A stretch of 42,616 bases of DNA from a virus. The DNA lies in the IMG/VR virus record IMGVR_UViG_3300045988_017468. One strand, written 5' to 3'. The position numbers and the translations under genes were made by a program. The notes under the pieces are model-generated. The model ran no database searches and was not told where the DNA came from. It saw only the letters and a list, made by a program, of their open reading frames with translations. Of the stretch, positions 13,459 through 22,852 are shown piece after piece (position 1 is the stretch's first letter; every line of letters begins with the position of its first letter).

Positions 13459-13585
13459 CGAGCCAGAAAGGCTGCGGCAACTCTCCGGCGTTGCGCACCA
13501 TTACGGGGACGTTACCGAAATGGTCGATTTTGCCGCATCTCTTGATCTCACAAAATCGTTTCTGTTCGTATGTAGTGCTTGCCAT
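13403..13585 (-). CDS. Small ORF with a strong SD, possibly the 5' part of the same HTH gene
   Basis: ATG 5 nt after GGAGG. It overlaps the 13228..13458 frame, which is +1 relative to it and open from about 13500. Confidence 0.4.
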   Translation of the reverse strand: MASTTYEQKRFCEIKRCGKIDHFGNVPVMVRNAGELPQPFWLGAACGGGSCGAATVPART

Positions 13586-13595
13586 GATATCCTCC

Positions 13596-13934
13596 TTACT
13601 GCTTTTCCAGCGCCGCTTTCATGCGGTCAAAGAAAAACTGGATAATGGTGCCGATGGTCTCATCGGTGATGGCCCACGAGATGAATTTGCCCCACTTGCT
13701 GGCGCTGAGAGCCGTGCGGAGCATCTGCGCCACCCACGCCTTGCGCTCTGCGCCTCTCTTGGTGCCCTGAATCTCATGTTCTGCCTGCTCGATCAGGTCG
13801 AGCACAGTGCCCTTGACAGCCGCACCATAGCCCAGCCGGATGCAGCCCAGTGCATAGAACGCAAGGCCGCCCAGCATGAGCACGAGGGCCACAGGGGCGG
13901 GAAGTGCGGTCAAAAGGTTACGAATCGCTTCCAT
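13596..13934 (-). CDS. Putative holin (LL-H-family-like, N-terminal TM)
   Basis: ORF track, 112 aa; AAAGGAG SD. TM segment PAPVALVLMLGGLAFYALGCI. Sits in the lysis cassette. Confidence 0.6.
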   Translation of the reverse strand: MEAIRNLLTALPAPVALVLMLGGLAFYALGCIRLGYGAAVKGTVLDLIEQAEHEIQGTKRGAERKAWVAQMLRTALSASKWGKFISWAITDETIGTIIQFFFDRMKAALEKQ

Positions 13935-14307
13935 GATTGGTAACTCCTTTCAAAAGATAGTTGTCGATGTCGGTGCGGCTCTTCTGCATCCCCTCGCGAT
14001 TGTTGCCGGACAGCTGCGCATCCAGAAGGTTGCGCACCCCGTCGAGGGTCAGACGGCTCACCTCGTCAATTTCTTCAAAGCGGCGCAGATCTCGGGCAAG
14101 GGCCTGCGTGTGTTGGAGCTGGCCCTGCTCTAAGGTGCCGATGCGCTTGTCCATCTCATCCAGCCGCTTGTTCTGCACGTTGTCCGGTTCCTGCGCCTTT
14201 TTGATGTACTTGTGAATGATTTCCAGCACCTTGTCAATGGTGATGGCTGCAGCACACAGGCTACCCAGGATGCCAAGCACCCACAGCAAAGCTTCTTTTT
14301 CGGTCAT
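13918..14307 (-). CDS. Membrane-anchored coiled-coil protein of the lysis cassette (holin or holin-associated)
   Basis: ORF track, 129 aa. N-terminal TM LLWVLGILGSLCAAAITI. ATGA overlap with the lysin stop. Confidence 0.55.
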   Translation of the reverse strand: MTEKEALLWVLGILGSLCAAAITIDKVLEIIHKYIKKAQEPDNVQNKRLDEMDKRIGTLEQGQLQHTQALARDLRRFEEIDEVSRLTLDGVRNLLDAQLSGNNREGMQKSRTDIDNYLLKGVTNHGSDS

Positions 14308-15101
14308 TTGTCCTCCCGGAGACGGGTCAGACCCTTCTTGCGGATGATACGGGAGTAGTTGATCTCTGTCACGTTGAGGTCAACATTGCCGGAGATGCCA
14401 GGCACGCTGCCTTTGCTGGTGTGCTGGTGGGCATTGTACTTGAAGTCCACCTTCGGGGTCTTGCCGGTGTAGTCAGCAAGCCACACGTCCCACCGGGAGG
14501 ATAGCCTGGCCATATCCAGTTCGTATTTGTAGCCGGTATAGGTGTAGAGCTGGGCGTAAAAGCCCATCTTTTCCACCTGTTCCAGCGCGTAGGCGGTGAG
14601 GTTGGTGAGGTCGAGGGTGCTCATGGGTTTGAGTTTGTTTTCCTCCACGTCCACCGCGAGGGGCATGGTAAGCTTCTTGCCGTAGACCGCCTGCCGCACA
14701 AGGGCAAGCTCTGCATCGGCCATCGCCTCGCTGGTGGCGTAGGTGTAGTAGTAGACACCCACGTCCAGCCCAGCCGCTTTGGCGTTGCGGTAGTTCGCTT
14801 CAAAGGTGGGGTCGATGTACAGGCCGTCTGCTCGCTTGGAGAGCTTGTGGTTAGTGCTTACGGTCTTGAGCATGGCTCCCTTGTAGCCCGCTGCTGCCAC
14901 CTGTGCCCAGTCGATGGTGCCCTGATACCGGCTCACGTCAATGTACCGGTAGGGCGGTTCACCTGCCCACCCGGTCACGGTGTCCACAGTGGGCACGTCC
15001 GGTGCAGGGGCAGGCTCTTCCTTGTCGGCGCTGTCACCGGCAGCGTGGGAGAGCGCAGAAAAGATATCCCGCAGGAAGTCAAGCATCACTTTCCACCTCA
15101 T
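14304..15101 (-). CDS. Endolysin, glycoside hydrolase family 25 muramidase
   Basis: Signature YIDVSRYQGTIDWAQVAAAGYKGAMLK. The start is uncertain; ATGs at 15110, 15101 and 15086 are all possible. Confidence 0.9.
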   Translation of the reverse strand: MRWKVMLDFLRDIFSALSHAAGDSADKEEPAPAPDVPTVDTVTGWAGEPPYRYIDVSRYQGTIDWAQVAAAGYKGAMLKTVSTNHKLSKRADGLYIDPTFEANYRNAKAAGLDVGVYYYTYATSEAMADAELALVRQAVYGKKLTMPLAVDVEENKLKPMSTLDLTNLTAYALEQVEKMGFYAQLYTYTGYKYELDMARLSSRWDVWLADYTGKTPKVDFKYNAHQHTSKGSVPGISGNVDLNVTEINYSRIIRKKGLTRLREDK

Positions 15102-15222
15102 AAAATCCATCCTCCGTCAGCTTTTTCATCACGGCATCCTTGTACCGGTCAGGCACGTTGTCGATGGTAAAAGCGCCGTCAAAGCGGTGCAGCTTGATTT
15201 GGGTCACATAGAACAAAACCAT
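15079..15222 (-). CDS. Small ORF (47 aa) upstream of the endolysin gene
   Basis: Not in the ORF track. ATG 5 nt after AAGGAGG, translation MVLFYVTQIKLHRFDGAFTIDNVPDRYKDAVMKKLTEDGFYEVESDA. Confidence 0.45.
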   Translation of the reverse strand: MVLFYVTQIKLHRFDGAFTIDNVPDRYKDAVMKKLTEDGFYEVESDA

Positions 15223-15233
15223 AACATCCTCCT

Positions 15234-15605
15234 TTACTGTGCGGCCAGCAGGTCGAGCATAGCCGCTTCCAGAGCAGCAAGGCGCTCTTCTGCGGTGGGA
15301 AGCTGTGCCTTTTCCTCTACTTCCTTGCGGGCCTTTTCCTGTGCAGCAAGCTCTTCGGCGGTGTACAAGATGTACCGCTGCACCTCCACCTCTTCGTCAT
15401 AGGCTCCCTTTGCGGCGACACCGGGCACGTCCACCACCTTCCAGCGGTCACGGCCCCCGTTGGGGTAGGTCTTGTACTCGTAGTGACTGACCTCTTCCAC
15501 GCCCGCCACAGCATCGTGGTGGATGGTCTGGGTCTCCTGCTTGAGGTAGCCTTTCGTCAAGTCGGGGTTTTCCATGTGGTTGCCGTTGCTGTCGATAATT
15601 TTCAT
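15234..15605 (-). CDS. Hypothetical tail-region protein
   Basis: ORF track, 123 aa; AAAGGAG SD. Confidence 0.6.
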   Translation of the reverse strand: MKIIDSNGNHMENPDLTKGYLKQETQTIHHDAVAGVEEVSHYEYKTYPNGGRDRWKVVDVPGVAAKGAYDEEVEVQRYILYTAEELAAQEKARKEVEEKAQLPTAEERLAALEAAMLDLLAAQ

Positions 15606-15620
15606 GTGTGCTCCTTTCGG

Positions 15621-16109
15621 TTATGCCACTCTGCGCCAGATGTACACACAGTATGCCGGGGGCTGGACGGTAGTGGAAGCGCCGTAGATTGATGACACAT
15701 TTGAAGCGTCAAATGTGATTCTGTCCGGACTTATAAGTTCGCCTTGAAAAGAAAGTGGAACGTCGTTACCTCCTGCGCCTGCGGGTATGAGATTGAACGC
15801 TTCGTATCCAGCTGTAACAGAACCGCCAGTACTACTCGAACCAGATGGTCTTGAAATCAATTCACCAGTAATATTCGGCAGTCCAGCCTCTACCGTTGTA
15901 CCGGCTGGATGCGTGTCGCTTGCACCCCAGATAGTGCAATCCTCAATGCGTTCCCATGTGCCGCCGTAAAGCTCTGCCGGGCTGGTAGCGTTTTCGCTGA
16001 TGTACAGGCTGCCCACGGGGTGGTCTCGCTCGACTACCGCCGCAAGGACTTGCTGATAGATAGCATAGGCATCAGGGCCAATGCCGTTTTTGAGTTCTCC
16101 TAGTGCCAT
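15621..16109 (-). CDS. Stand-alone tail-collar-type receptor-binding module, paralog of the fibre C-terminus
   Basis: Shares GASDTHPAGTTVEAGLPNITG and SIYGAS.TVQPPAY with the 446-aa fibre. AAAGGAGA SD. Confidence 0.75.
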   Translation of the reverse strand: MALGELKNGIGPDAYAIYQQVLAAVVERDHPVGSLYISENATSPAELYGGTWERIEDCTIWGASDTHPAGTTVEAGLPNITGELISRPSGSSSTGGSVTAGYEAFNLIPAGAGGNDVPLSFQGELISPDRITFDASNVSSIYGASTTVQPPAYCVYIWRRVA

Positions 16110-16120
16110 TGTTTCTCCTT

Positions 16121-17461
16121 TCAGTCAGTACGAAGCCAAGTGCAAGTAAAGTATGCCGGGGGCTGGACGGTATCGGATGCGCCGTAAATGGAGTTGGAAC
16201 GAGAAGCGTCAAATCCGAAGGGCGCACCACCGGAGGGAATACCGACATTTGTTGAGATGCTGTTATAGCTGTCCTCTCCAGTAGTTGTGCCGTTTTCGTA
16301 GAAAGCTCCTGTTATTCTAGTATGTGAATCGTTAGTAAAGCCATCTCGAAGTGCGGCAACAAACTTGCCCGTAATATTTGGCAGTCCCGCCTCTACCGTT
16401 GTGCCAGCTGGGTGCGTGTCGCTTGCACCCATTAACACCCTATCTTGCGCAATCTTTTTCCACGTGCCGCCGCCAAATGTCACAGCCGGGTTTTCCGGGC
16501 TGATGGTCTGATAGATACTACCCACAGGATGTGCCGCAAGCAGGAAGTTGGAGTAGATGGAGCCGTCACCATAGAACTGACCACCATACTTGATGGGATA
16601 CCACCGGGCGGAAATTTCCGCAGTCGGAATGTTGTGTGCACGGATACGGATAGCTCCGGTTCGAGTTTCTGGGTTTACAAGCATAGCTTTACCGGCTACG
16701 TCTGCGCTTGCAGGGTCGATGCTGACAGATACCACAGTCGTGGACGTAACATCTGCTGTGATATCAATGTAATGCGGGTACTCTGCAACTTCTGTGTCTG
16801 TTTGCCACCCCGTAATTGGAATGGAAAGATCATGTGGAACGACGGAGTCTGCTTTGCCTGCCAGAGCATCACCGGTAGCCTTTGCGTCGGCAGGAGCGTT
16901 TTCGGTCTTGAGGGTCTTGTCTGTACCGGCCCGCGTGCCTGCCAGCGCGGCACTTGCAGCGGCTTCCTCAGCGCTCTTCTGGGCAGCGGATTCGCTGGCA
17001 GAGGAATTGGTTTCGGAGGTGGATGCAGCAGAAGCGCTGTCGGCAGCGGCAGCGGCAGAGGTGGCAGCAGCTTTTTTGCTTGCGTTGGCATCCGATGCAG
17101 AACCAGCCGCAGCAGATGCGGCGGTTTCTGCCGTGGCGGTGGAATTTGCCACCTCCTGCAAAGCGCCGGTCTTAGCGTTGCCGATGTCAGTCAGTGCAGC
17201 GTCTTTTGTCTGGGTGATGGCCGTGGTGGCCGTAGTCTGGGCTTGCTGGACAGCGGCCACAGAGTCCGCTTTCTGCTGGTCGATGTTTGCCACAGCATCG
17301 GATGCTTTTTTCTCGCTGGCTGCCGCCGCATCTGCCTTCTGGGTGGCCGTGGCAGCGAACTGCTCCACATACTCGCCCATCTGGGCGATGTCTTCCCGGA
17401 CTTCCACACCTTTTTTTGCGGTACGGATGCCCGAGATAACTTCCGGAAAAGTCTTTGTCAT
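16121..17461 (-). CDS. Tail fibre / receptor-binding protein (Ala-rich coiled stalk plus C-terminal tail-collar-like domain)
   Basis: ORF track, 446 aa. Ala/Ser/Thr-rich N-terminal half and a C-terminal HPVGSIY...GGGTWKKI collar-like motif. Confidence 0.85.
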   Translation of the reverse strand: MTKTFPEVISGIRTAKKGVEVREDIAQMGEYVEQFAATATQKADAAAASEKKASDAVANIDQQKADSVAAVQQAQTTATTAITQTKDAALTDIGNAKTGALQEVANSTATAETAASAAAGSASDANASKKAAATSAAAAADSASAASTSETNSSASESAAQKSAEEAAASAALAGTRAGTDKTLKTENAPADAKATGDALAGKADSVVPHDLSIPITGWQTDTEVAEYPHYIDITADVTSTTVVSVSIDPASADVAGKAMLVNPETRTGAIRIRAHNIPTAEISARWYPIKYGGQFYGDGSIYSNFLLAAHPVGSIYQTISPENPAVTFGGGTWKKIAQDRVLMGASDTHPAGTTVEAGLPNITGKFVAALRDGFTNDSHTRITGAFYENGTTTGEDSYNSISTNVGIPSGGAPFGFDASRSNSIYGASDTVQPPAYFTCTWLRTD

Positions 17462-17955
17462 AAACTGATCACTCCTGTAGGTGTGTCGTAGATGGTGTCG
17501 GTCTCAAAGTCAAAGGTGTCCCACAGCCAGTCCGCACCCGCATCCGCGGTAACATTTCTTTTATACGGATTGCAAGTGCCCTCTATGGTAAAGGCCATAT
17601 CATGTCGGTTTTTCTCACTGGGGTCTACCCGCCAAAGGCCCTGCCAGTACCAGGCACTGTCCTCATCAAAAACGCACCGAAGCCACTTGCCCTGTAAGGC
17701 ATTTTCAAGGGCGCTTTGGATGGTTGTCCATTGCTTTTTCGGAGACTTACAGATAAGCTCCAGCTTGATGGTGCGCTGCTTGTAGTGCACTTCCCCATCC
17801 AAAGCCCTGGACAGGTCTAGGATAAAGTCAGAGCCCGGGACATTGACAAGCATCGTCTCTGGCTCTGCACCGGATATCATAGGGCTGCCCACCTTCAGAT
17901 AAAGGCCAAGGTCTTTGAGGGTATGGACATTTCCGATCTGTGCGCCCATCAGCAT
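17458..17955 (-). CDS. Distal-tail-protein (Dit)-like protein, N-terminal domain only
   Basis: Motif HTLKDLGLYL...EPETMLVNVPGSDFILDLSRALDGEVHYKQRTIKLEL is typical of Sipho_tail/Dit N-termini. GGAGGTGA SD. Confidence 0.6.
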   Translation of the reverse strand: MLMGAQIGNVHTLKDLGLYLKVGSPMISGAEPETMLVNVPGSDFILDLSRALDGEVHYKQRTIKLELICKSPKKQWTTIQSALENALQGKWLRCVFDEDSAWYWQGLWRVDPSEKNRHDMAFTIEGTCNPYKRNVTADAGADWLWDTFDFETDTIYDTPTGVISL

Positions 17956-18197
17956 TTGAGCTCACCTCCGCTCTGGATCACGGCCAGCTGCTCCGGGGTC
18001 AGAGGGCTGTATACCAACTTTTCTCCGTCCCACACATAGTGCGAGCCGCCATCCTCCCAGTCCTCCGGGAACTCATCGAAGACCATGCAGTTGTCTGGGA
18101 GAGGGTTCGGGATCACTTCTTCAACGCCCCATCCGCCGCTGTAAATGCGACCATCGGAGCACACTTTGCACATAAATTTACAGCCGGGTACTTTCAT
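17949..18197 (-). CDS. Hypothetical tail-region protein
   Basis: ORF track, 82 aa; GAGGTGAAGGA SD. Confidence 0.55.
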   Translation of the reverse strand: MKVPGCKFMCKVCSDGRIYSGGWGVEEVIPNPLPDNCMVFDEFPEDWEDGGSHYVWDGEKLVYSPLTPEQLAVIQSGGELKC

Positions 18198-18209
18198 CTG
18201 TCCTTCACC

Positions 18210-20222
18210 TCACATAAAACCGTATAGTTCTCGTGGCATACAGAGGGAGTCATTTTGTGTCCACCCGTCAGAGACGGGGCTTTCCAGGTCGATACTGAAA
18301 TTCGTCGGCACTACTACCGGGGTGTAGTTGTTGCCCGTGACATAGTTCGATGTGCGCTCACGACCGGGTCCAAAAGTGATGCCCCCTGAGTTGACCCGCA
18401 CCGTCCGCATGTGAGTGGTGTTCCACGGGTAAGTCATGGCGTATTCCACGCCATTGACCGGGATGACCATGGTCACACATCCGGCAGTGCCGCCGCTGGC
18501 CCACCATGTGGATCCTTTCTTGCTGGTATAGGTCAGATACACAGCAGAAAAATCGGCCAGGTCCAGCGGGATTGTCTGTGCTCCAAAAGAGCTGTTGTCC
18601 CCAAAGTCCCAGATACGGGCGTTTCGGATGCCGTAGAAGGTAATCTTTCCAGAGTCGATAGTGCAGCTGCCGTTGCCGTCTGTGATGGAAATGCTATCCG
18701 ACTTGATGTTGACCATGCTGGAACCGGAAAGCACTTTTATGCCGTCGTTGGTGATCTGCACCCTTTTGTTGGGCAGCTGGTCATGCCGGACGATAAGGCC
18801 GTTTTCCGGGGTAAACTCCAAAAAATTGGTAGCCGTTTTGGCTGCTTCACCAGCTTTTTTGTCCACATCGTCCACTCTTTTGTCGTTAGACTTCTGGTAC
18901 TTGAAAAACTGGTTAAGGGTGCTCTGCTGATATTTTTCAGCGGATGCCGTATCCTCATCCAGCAGGTTGGTGCGGCCCAGGTTGGCCACCTGCCGGTCGG
19001 TCAAAGTCTGCCGGGTCATGCCGAAGGTATACTCTTTTTTGTCCGGCTGATCCAGCGGCTCCACCAGCTTTGTGCACAGCATGATGACATCGATGCTGTG
19101 GGGCTTGCTGATAATGTGGGCATAGCTGGCAAAAGTCAGCCTGTCCTTGTCATAGCCTGCGTCCCGCAGATCCACAGCCTTGACGGTGTAGCTCGTCACC
19201 ATCAAGCTGTTTTTCTGAAGATCCTGCACGCCTGCAGCAAAAGTGTCGTTGTCGCTGTCGGTGTCATACTCGCCCAGGGCTGACACGATGCCAAACTTCT
19301 GGGCCGCTGCATCATTCTGGATCCATCCGCAGTCGCCGTCACTGCTGTCCAGCCGGTACGAATACCCTTTTGGAAGATATTTATTGACGGTCGCCGCGTC
19401 CGTTCCAGAAATGCCATAGCGCTCTTCATGGCTTTCTGTGTACTTTTCACCCCACCACAAAAATTTCCACTTCCACTTTGTCTCCTCGACCGTGTGCTTG
19501 CTTCCCATGGGATACACACGGGTAAAAAGACTGTTGGTATCGGTTTTTTCTGTGAAATCCAGCAGGTTCACGCCGTACTCAATGGTCTGGTTGACCAAAC
19601 GGTCAGCTTCAAAGGCCTGATCGCAATAGTTGAGCACGTTGTTGCCCGTGGCGGGGTTGTAGGTACAGTAAGCATAGCCGCCGTACACCTTGAGCACCAT
19701 CTTGTCGATGATATCCCAGGTACTGCCGTAGTCTTCGCCCACACCGTAGCTGTCCCGGTCTCCATAGTGCACAACAAGATCACCCAGTGCCGCAGTGACA
19801 GTGCCAAGCTCAAAGCGTTTCATTTTCATGTTGCCGCACTGCTGGTTGTGGGCATCGATGAGGTGCTGCAAAAACTGCGCCAACCTTCCCTCGTAGTTAA
19901 AAGGGGTGATTGCGCTGTCATTGAAGTAAGACAAAGCGCCCTCGCAGTAGATGACCCTGCGGTTGTACCAGTCTGCCTCATGGCTCAGGACACGCCCGCG
20001 CCAGATCTCTTTATCGTCCTGTTCAACGGTGATGCAGGTGGACATTTTTTGCAGGCTCTCATACTGCTCATGGTCGCGCGTCATGGTAAAAGAAAGGCTG
20101 CCGCCCTTGCTGACCTCTCGGGTCAGCTTGGGAGACAGCACAAGGGCATTGCGGTTATTGGGAGCGTAGATCAGGCGCTCGTCGTTGGGGTTGCCAAAGG
20201 GATATGCAAAAATTTTGTACAA
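18210..20222 (-). CDS. Tail-associated (Tal-like) baseplate hub / minor structural protein
   Basis: TTG start. N-terminal pattern GGSLSFTMTRDHEQYESL...EIWRGRVLSHEADWYNRRVIYCEGALSYFNDS is typical of Tal N-terminal domains. Follows the tape measure gene. Confidence 0.7.
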   Translation of the reverse strand: MYKIFAYPFGNPNDERLIYAPNNRNALVLSPKLTREVSKGGSLSFTMTRDHEQYESLQKMSTCITVEQDDKEIWRGRVLSHEADWYNRRVIYCEGALSYFNDSAITPFNYEGRLAQFLQHLIDAHNQQCGNMKMKRFELGTVTAALGDLVVHYGDRDSYGVGEDYGSTWDIIDKMVLKVYGGYAYCTYNPATGNNVLNYCDQAFEADRLVNQTIEYGVNLLDFTEKTDTNSLFTRVYPMGSKHTVEETKWKWKFLWWGEKYTESHEERYGISGTDAATVNKYLPKGYSYRLDSSDGDCGWIQNDAAAQKFGIVSALGEYDTDSDNDTFAAGVQDLQKNSLMVTSYTVKAVDLRDAGYDKDRLTFASYAHIISKPHSIDVIMLCTKLVEPLDQPDKKEYTFGMTRQTLTDRQVANLGRTNLLDEDTASAEKYQQSTLNQFFKYQKSNDKRVDDVDKKAGEAAKTATNFLEFTPENGLIVRHDQLPNKRVQITNDGIKVLSGSSMVNIKSDSISITDGNGSCTIDSGKITFYGIRNARIWDFGDNSSFGAQTIPLDLADFSAVYLTYTSKKGSTWWASGGTAGCVTMVIPVNGVEYAMTYPWNTTHMRTVRVNSGGITFGPGRERTSNYVTGNNYTPVVVPTNFSIDLESPVSDGWTQNDSLCMPRELYGFM

Positions 20223-20225
20223 ATT

Positions 20226-22838
20226 TTAATTTCCCCTTTCTGCCAGCGTGGCCAGATGGCCCAGCTGTGCATCAATAGAAGGTGCCAGTGCGCCCACCAG
20301 CGTGCCGTCGTCCAGCTTAATGACAGTGTTTGCCGTCTGGGGAAGGTACTGCTGCACCACGTTGTACAGCGCGTCCACGGACTGCTGCATTTTCTGCTGG
20401 TAGGACGAAAGCCGCCCGTTTGCCGGGCTTTCGCCGAACGCATAGCCGTCGGTGCGGAAATCGTACCCGGCAAAGCTGCGCTGGCTGCCGTACCAGTAGG
20501 CGTCCTGAATGTCCTTGTAGGAAAGCGTCGTGCTCTTGCTGTCAGTGCTTTTCTTTTCGCCGTTTTTACTGCCAAGCCATGCGGCCAGACCGATACCGCC
20601 CGCCACAGCAGCCACGCCCAGGATGGCAGCCAGCACAGGGTTGGATGCCACAAGCGAGACGATATTGCCCAGACTGCCCATGATAGAGGTGGCCATGCTG
20701 GACACCCCGCTGGCGACGTTGGCCAGCTGGGCACCTGCCCCACCCGATGCGCTTAAGCTGGACAGGATGGAGCCAAAGCTTTGCACCGCTGTCCCCGCTT
20801 CTGTTGCGCTGGCAGCAATGCCGTCCGTAAAGAGCGATTTGATGGTAGCGAAGGCCGCTTTTACGCCGCCCCCACTGTACGCGTCATTGATGACACTCAG
20901 CGCATCCGCCGCCCACTTGGAGATAAGCTCCCGCTGATCCTGCGATACCTCGCCCCAGATGAGATTTGCCACGTCTGTAGCCAACCCGGCCCAGTTGCGG
21001 TTTTTCAGGTCGGTGAACGCGTTTTGCAGGCGGCCAAAGATGCCGTTCGACCACTGCTTCTGCGCATTGCTGAGGTTCTGGTCAATGCGGCTTTGCAGCT
21101 CCGTCACGGACAAAACCACATCGTCACAGCTCTTTTGCGTGGTCGTGGTCACTTTTCCGGCCGCATCGGTCACTTTCTTTGTGACCGATTTGATAGTCTT
21201 CTCCGTGCCGTCCACCACTTCTTTCCAAGAGTCCGTGATGGTCTCCACGGTCTCCTTTGTGGTGCCCTTGAGCTTTTTGGTGGTGCCGTCGTAGACGTTG
21301 TATGTATTGTCGGCAGTCTCCACCACGCGCTGGATGTTACCCACGATGTTTCCCGTTCCGGCAAGGATCTGCTTCGACGTTTCGGTGACGGTATCTGCCA
21401 GCTTTTTGGTGTCAGCAGCCGCTTTGGCGGTAGATTTTTTGCTTTTTCCGCCGCCTGTGCCGCCCGAGGCAGTGATGCTGCTTCCGCCGTTTCCGGCGGC
21501 AGCGGCTGCCTTTGCCTGCCGTTCCGTCCAGCTTTCGTTGTAGATGCCTTTTCCGTTTTTAGCGTCCTGCCGTCGGCGGTCGTAGTTGCTCTGGCTGTTT
21601 TTGTCAGAGCGGTACTGCTTGTATCCTTCGTCACTGTTCTCGTACCCCGCGTAAGCATTCTTCCCAAGGGCTTTGTTGAGCTTGAAGCTCAATTTATCGA
21701 GAACGCCGATTCCGGCAGAGCCAAGCTCTCCAAATTTCTTGATGACGGAGTTGATGGGGTTGTTCAGTTCCAGAATGGCCTCGCCGAGCCCCTTCCAGCC
21801 GTCCGTCTTGTAAGCTTCGATGGCCGCCACGGTCATATCGTTGAGGTTGGAGATTACCACGCCGATTCCGCTGCTGAGGTCGCCCGTCATGAGCCCGGCC
21901 AGCTGGCTCACGTTGTCTTTCAGGGTGGAAACGCGGCCATTCATGGTCTGGCTCTGGGTGTCCATGGCGTTGTAGTAGCGCCCGCCCTCCTCGCTGGCAG
22001 CAATAAGGGCATTAGACAGCAGGTCATAGCTGATGGTCATGTTCTGGACTTCCTGCACCGTTTTCCCGGTGTAGTCAGCCAGCACCTGATAAACGTTGAT
22101 TCCGGCATAGGCAAACTGCTTGATGTCGATTGCGGACGCTTTGCCCACATTGGCGATCTGCTGCAGATTGGCTGCCATGCGGGAAAGCTCCGCGTTGCCT
22201 CCGCCCGTGGCGGAAACAGCATCGCCAAGCGCCATGATGACCTTGCGGGAGTAGCTCGCGTTTTCACCGGCGCTGATGAGCAGTTGGTTTGCCTGCGTCA
22301 GCGAATCCACGCTGAACGGAGTGCGGGCTGCGTCCTCTTGAATGGCCGCCATGGCCTCATTGGCCGCCTGTGCATCGCCCAACATATTGGTTAGACCCAC
22401 GCGGTAACTTTCGATTTGGGCGTTGTACTCGATGCCCATAGACACAAACTGCTTTGCACCACTGAGGGCCGCGGTGGAAAGCGTGGAGATGGCAGAAGCC
22501 AGAAGCTGCGATTTTGTCAGCGCCGCCGTCAGCCCACTTCCCGTACTGCTGGCCGATTTGCCAAAGGAGTCCATGCCGTTGTTTGCGGATTTCAGGGCGG
22601 AGGCGGTTGTTTTGAGCTGTGCCTCAGCTGCTGCAAGCTGATTTTTCAGCTCTTTGGTCTCAGCCGAGGTCTTGCCCGTCTTGGCGGCAGATTCGTTATA
22701 CTGCTTTGTCAGTTCCAGAACGCTTTTTGCGGCCTTGCTGTACTCGCTGGAAAGCGCCGTCACGGTCTTTTTAGTCTCGCTCTGGACGTTGTTGATGCCC
22801 CGCTCATACGCGGACGTGTCCAGCCCAAGAGTGGCCAT
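20226..22838 (-). CDS. Tape measure protein
   Basis: About 870 aa, helical and Ala/Gly-rich, positioned after the G/T chaperones. I prefer the ATG at 22838 over the TTG at 22841. Confidence 0.9.
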   Translation of the reverse strand: MATLGLDTSAYERGINNVQSETKKTVTALSSEYSKAAKSVLELTKQYNESAAKTGKTSAETKELKNQLAAAEAQLKTTASALKSANNGMDSFGKSASSTGSGLTAALTKSQLLASAISTLSTAALSGAKQFVSMGIEYNAQIESYRVGLTNMLGDAQAANEAMAAIQEDAARTPFSVDSLTQANQLLISAGENASYSRKVIMALGDAVSATGGGNAELSRMAANLQQIANVGKASAIDIKQFAYAGINVYQVLADYTGKTVQEVQNMTISYDLLSNALIAASEEGGRYYNAMDTQSQTMNGRVSTLKDNVSQLAGLMTGDLSSGIGVVISNLNDMTVAAIEAYKTDGWKGLGEAILELNNPINSVIKKFGELGSAGIGVLDKLSFKLNKALGKNAYAGYENSDEGYKQYRSDKNSQSNYDRRRQDAKNGKGIYNESWTERQAKAAAAAGNGGSSITASGGTGGGKSKKSTAKAAADTKKLADTVTETSKQILAGTGNIVGNIQRVVETADNTYNVYDGTTKKLKGTTKETVETITDSWKEVVDGTEKTIKSVTKKVTDAAGKVTTTTQKSCDDVVLSVTELQSRIDQNLSNAQKQWSNGIFGRLQNAFTDLKNRNWAGLATDVANLIWGEVSQDQRELISKWAADALSVINDAYSGGGVKAAFATIKSLFTDGIAASATEAGTAVQSFGSILSSLSASGGAGAQLANVASGVSSMATSIMGSLGNIVSLVASNPVLAAILGVAAVAGGIGLAAWLGSKNGEKKSTDSKSTTLSYKDIQDAYWYGSQRSFAGYDFRTDGYAFGESPANGRLSSYQQKMQQSVDALYNVVQQYLPQTANTVIKLDDGTLVGALAPSIDAQLGHLATLAERGN

Positions 22839-22852
22839 CAATTCAAAAAGTT

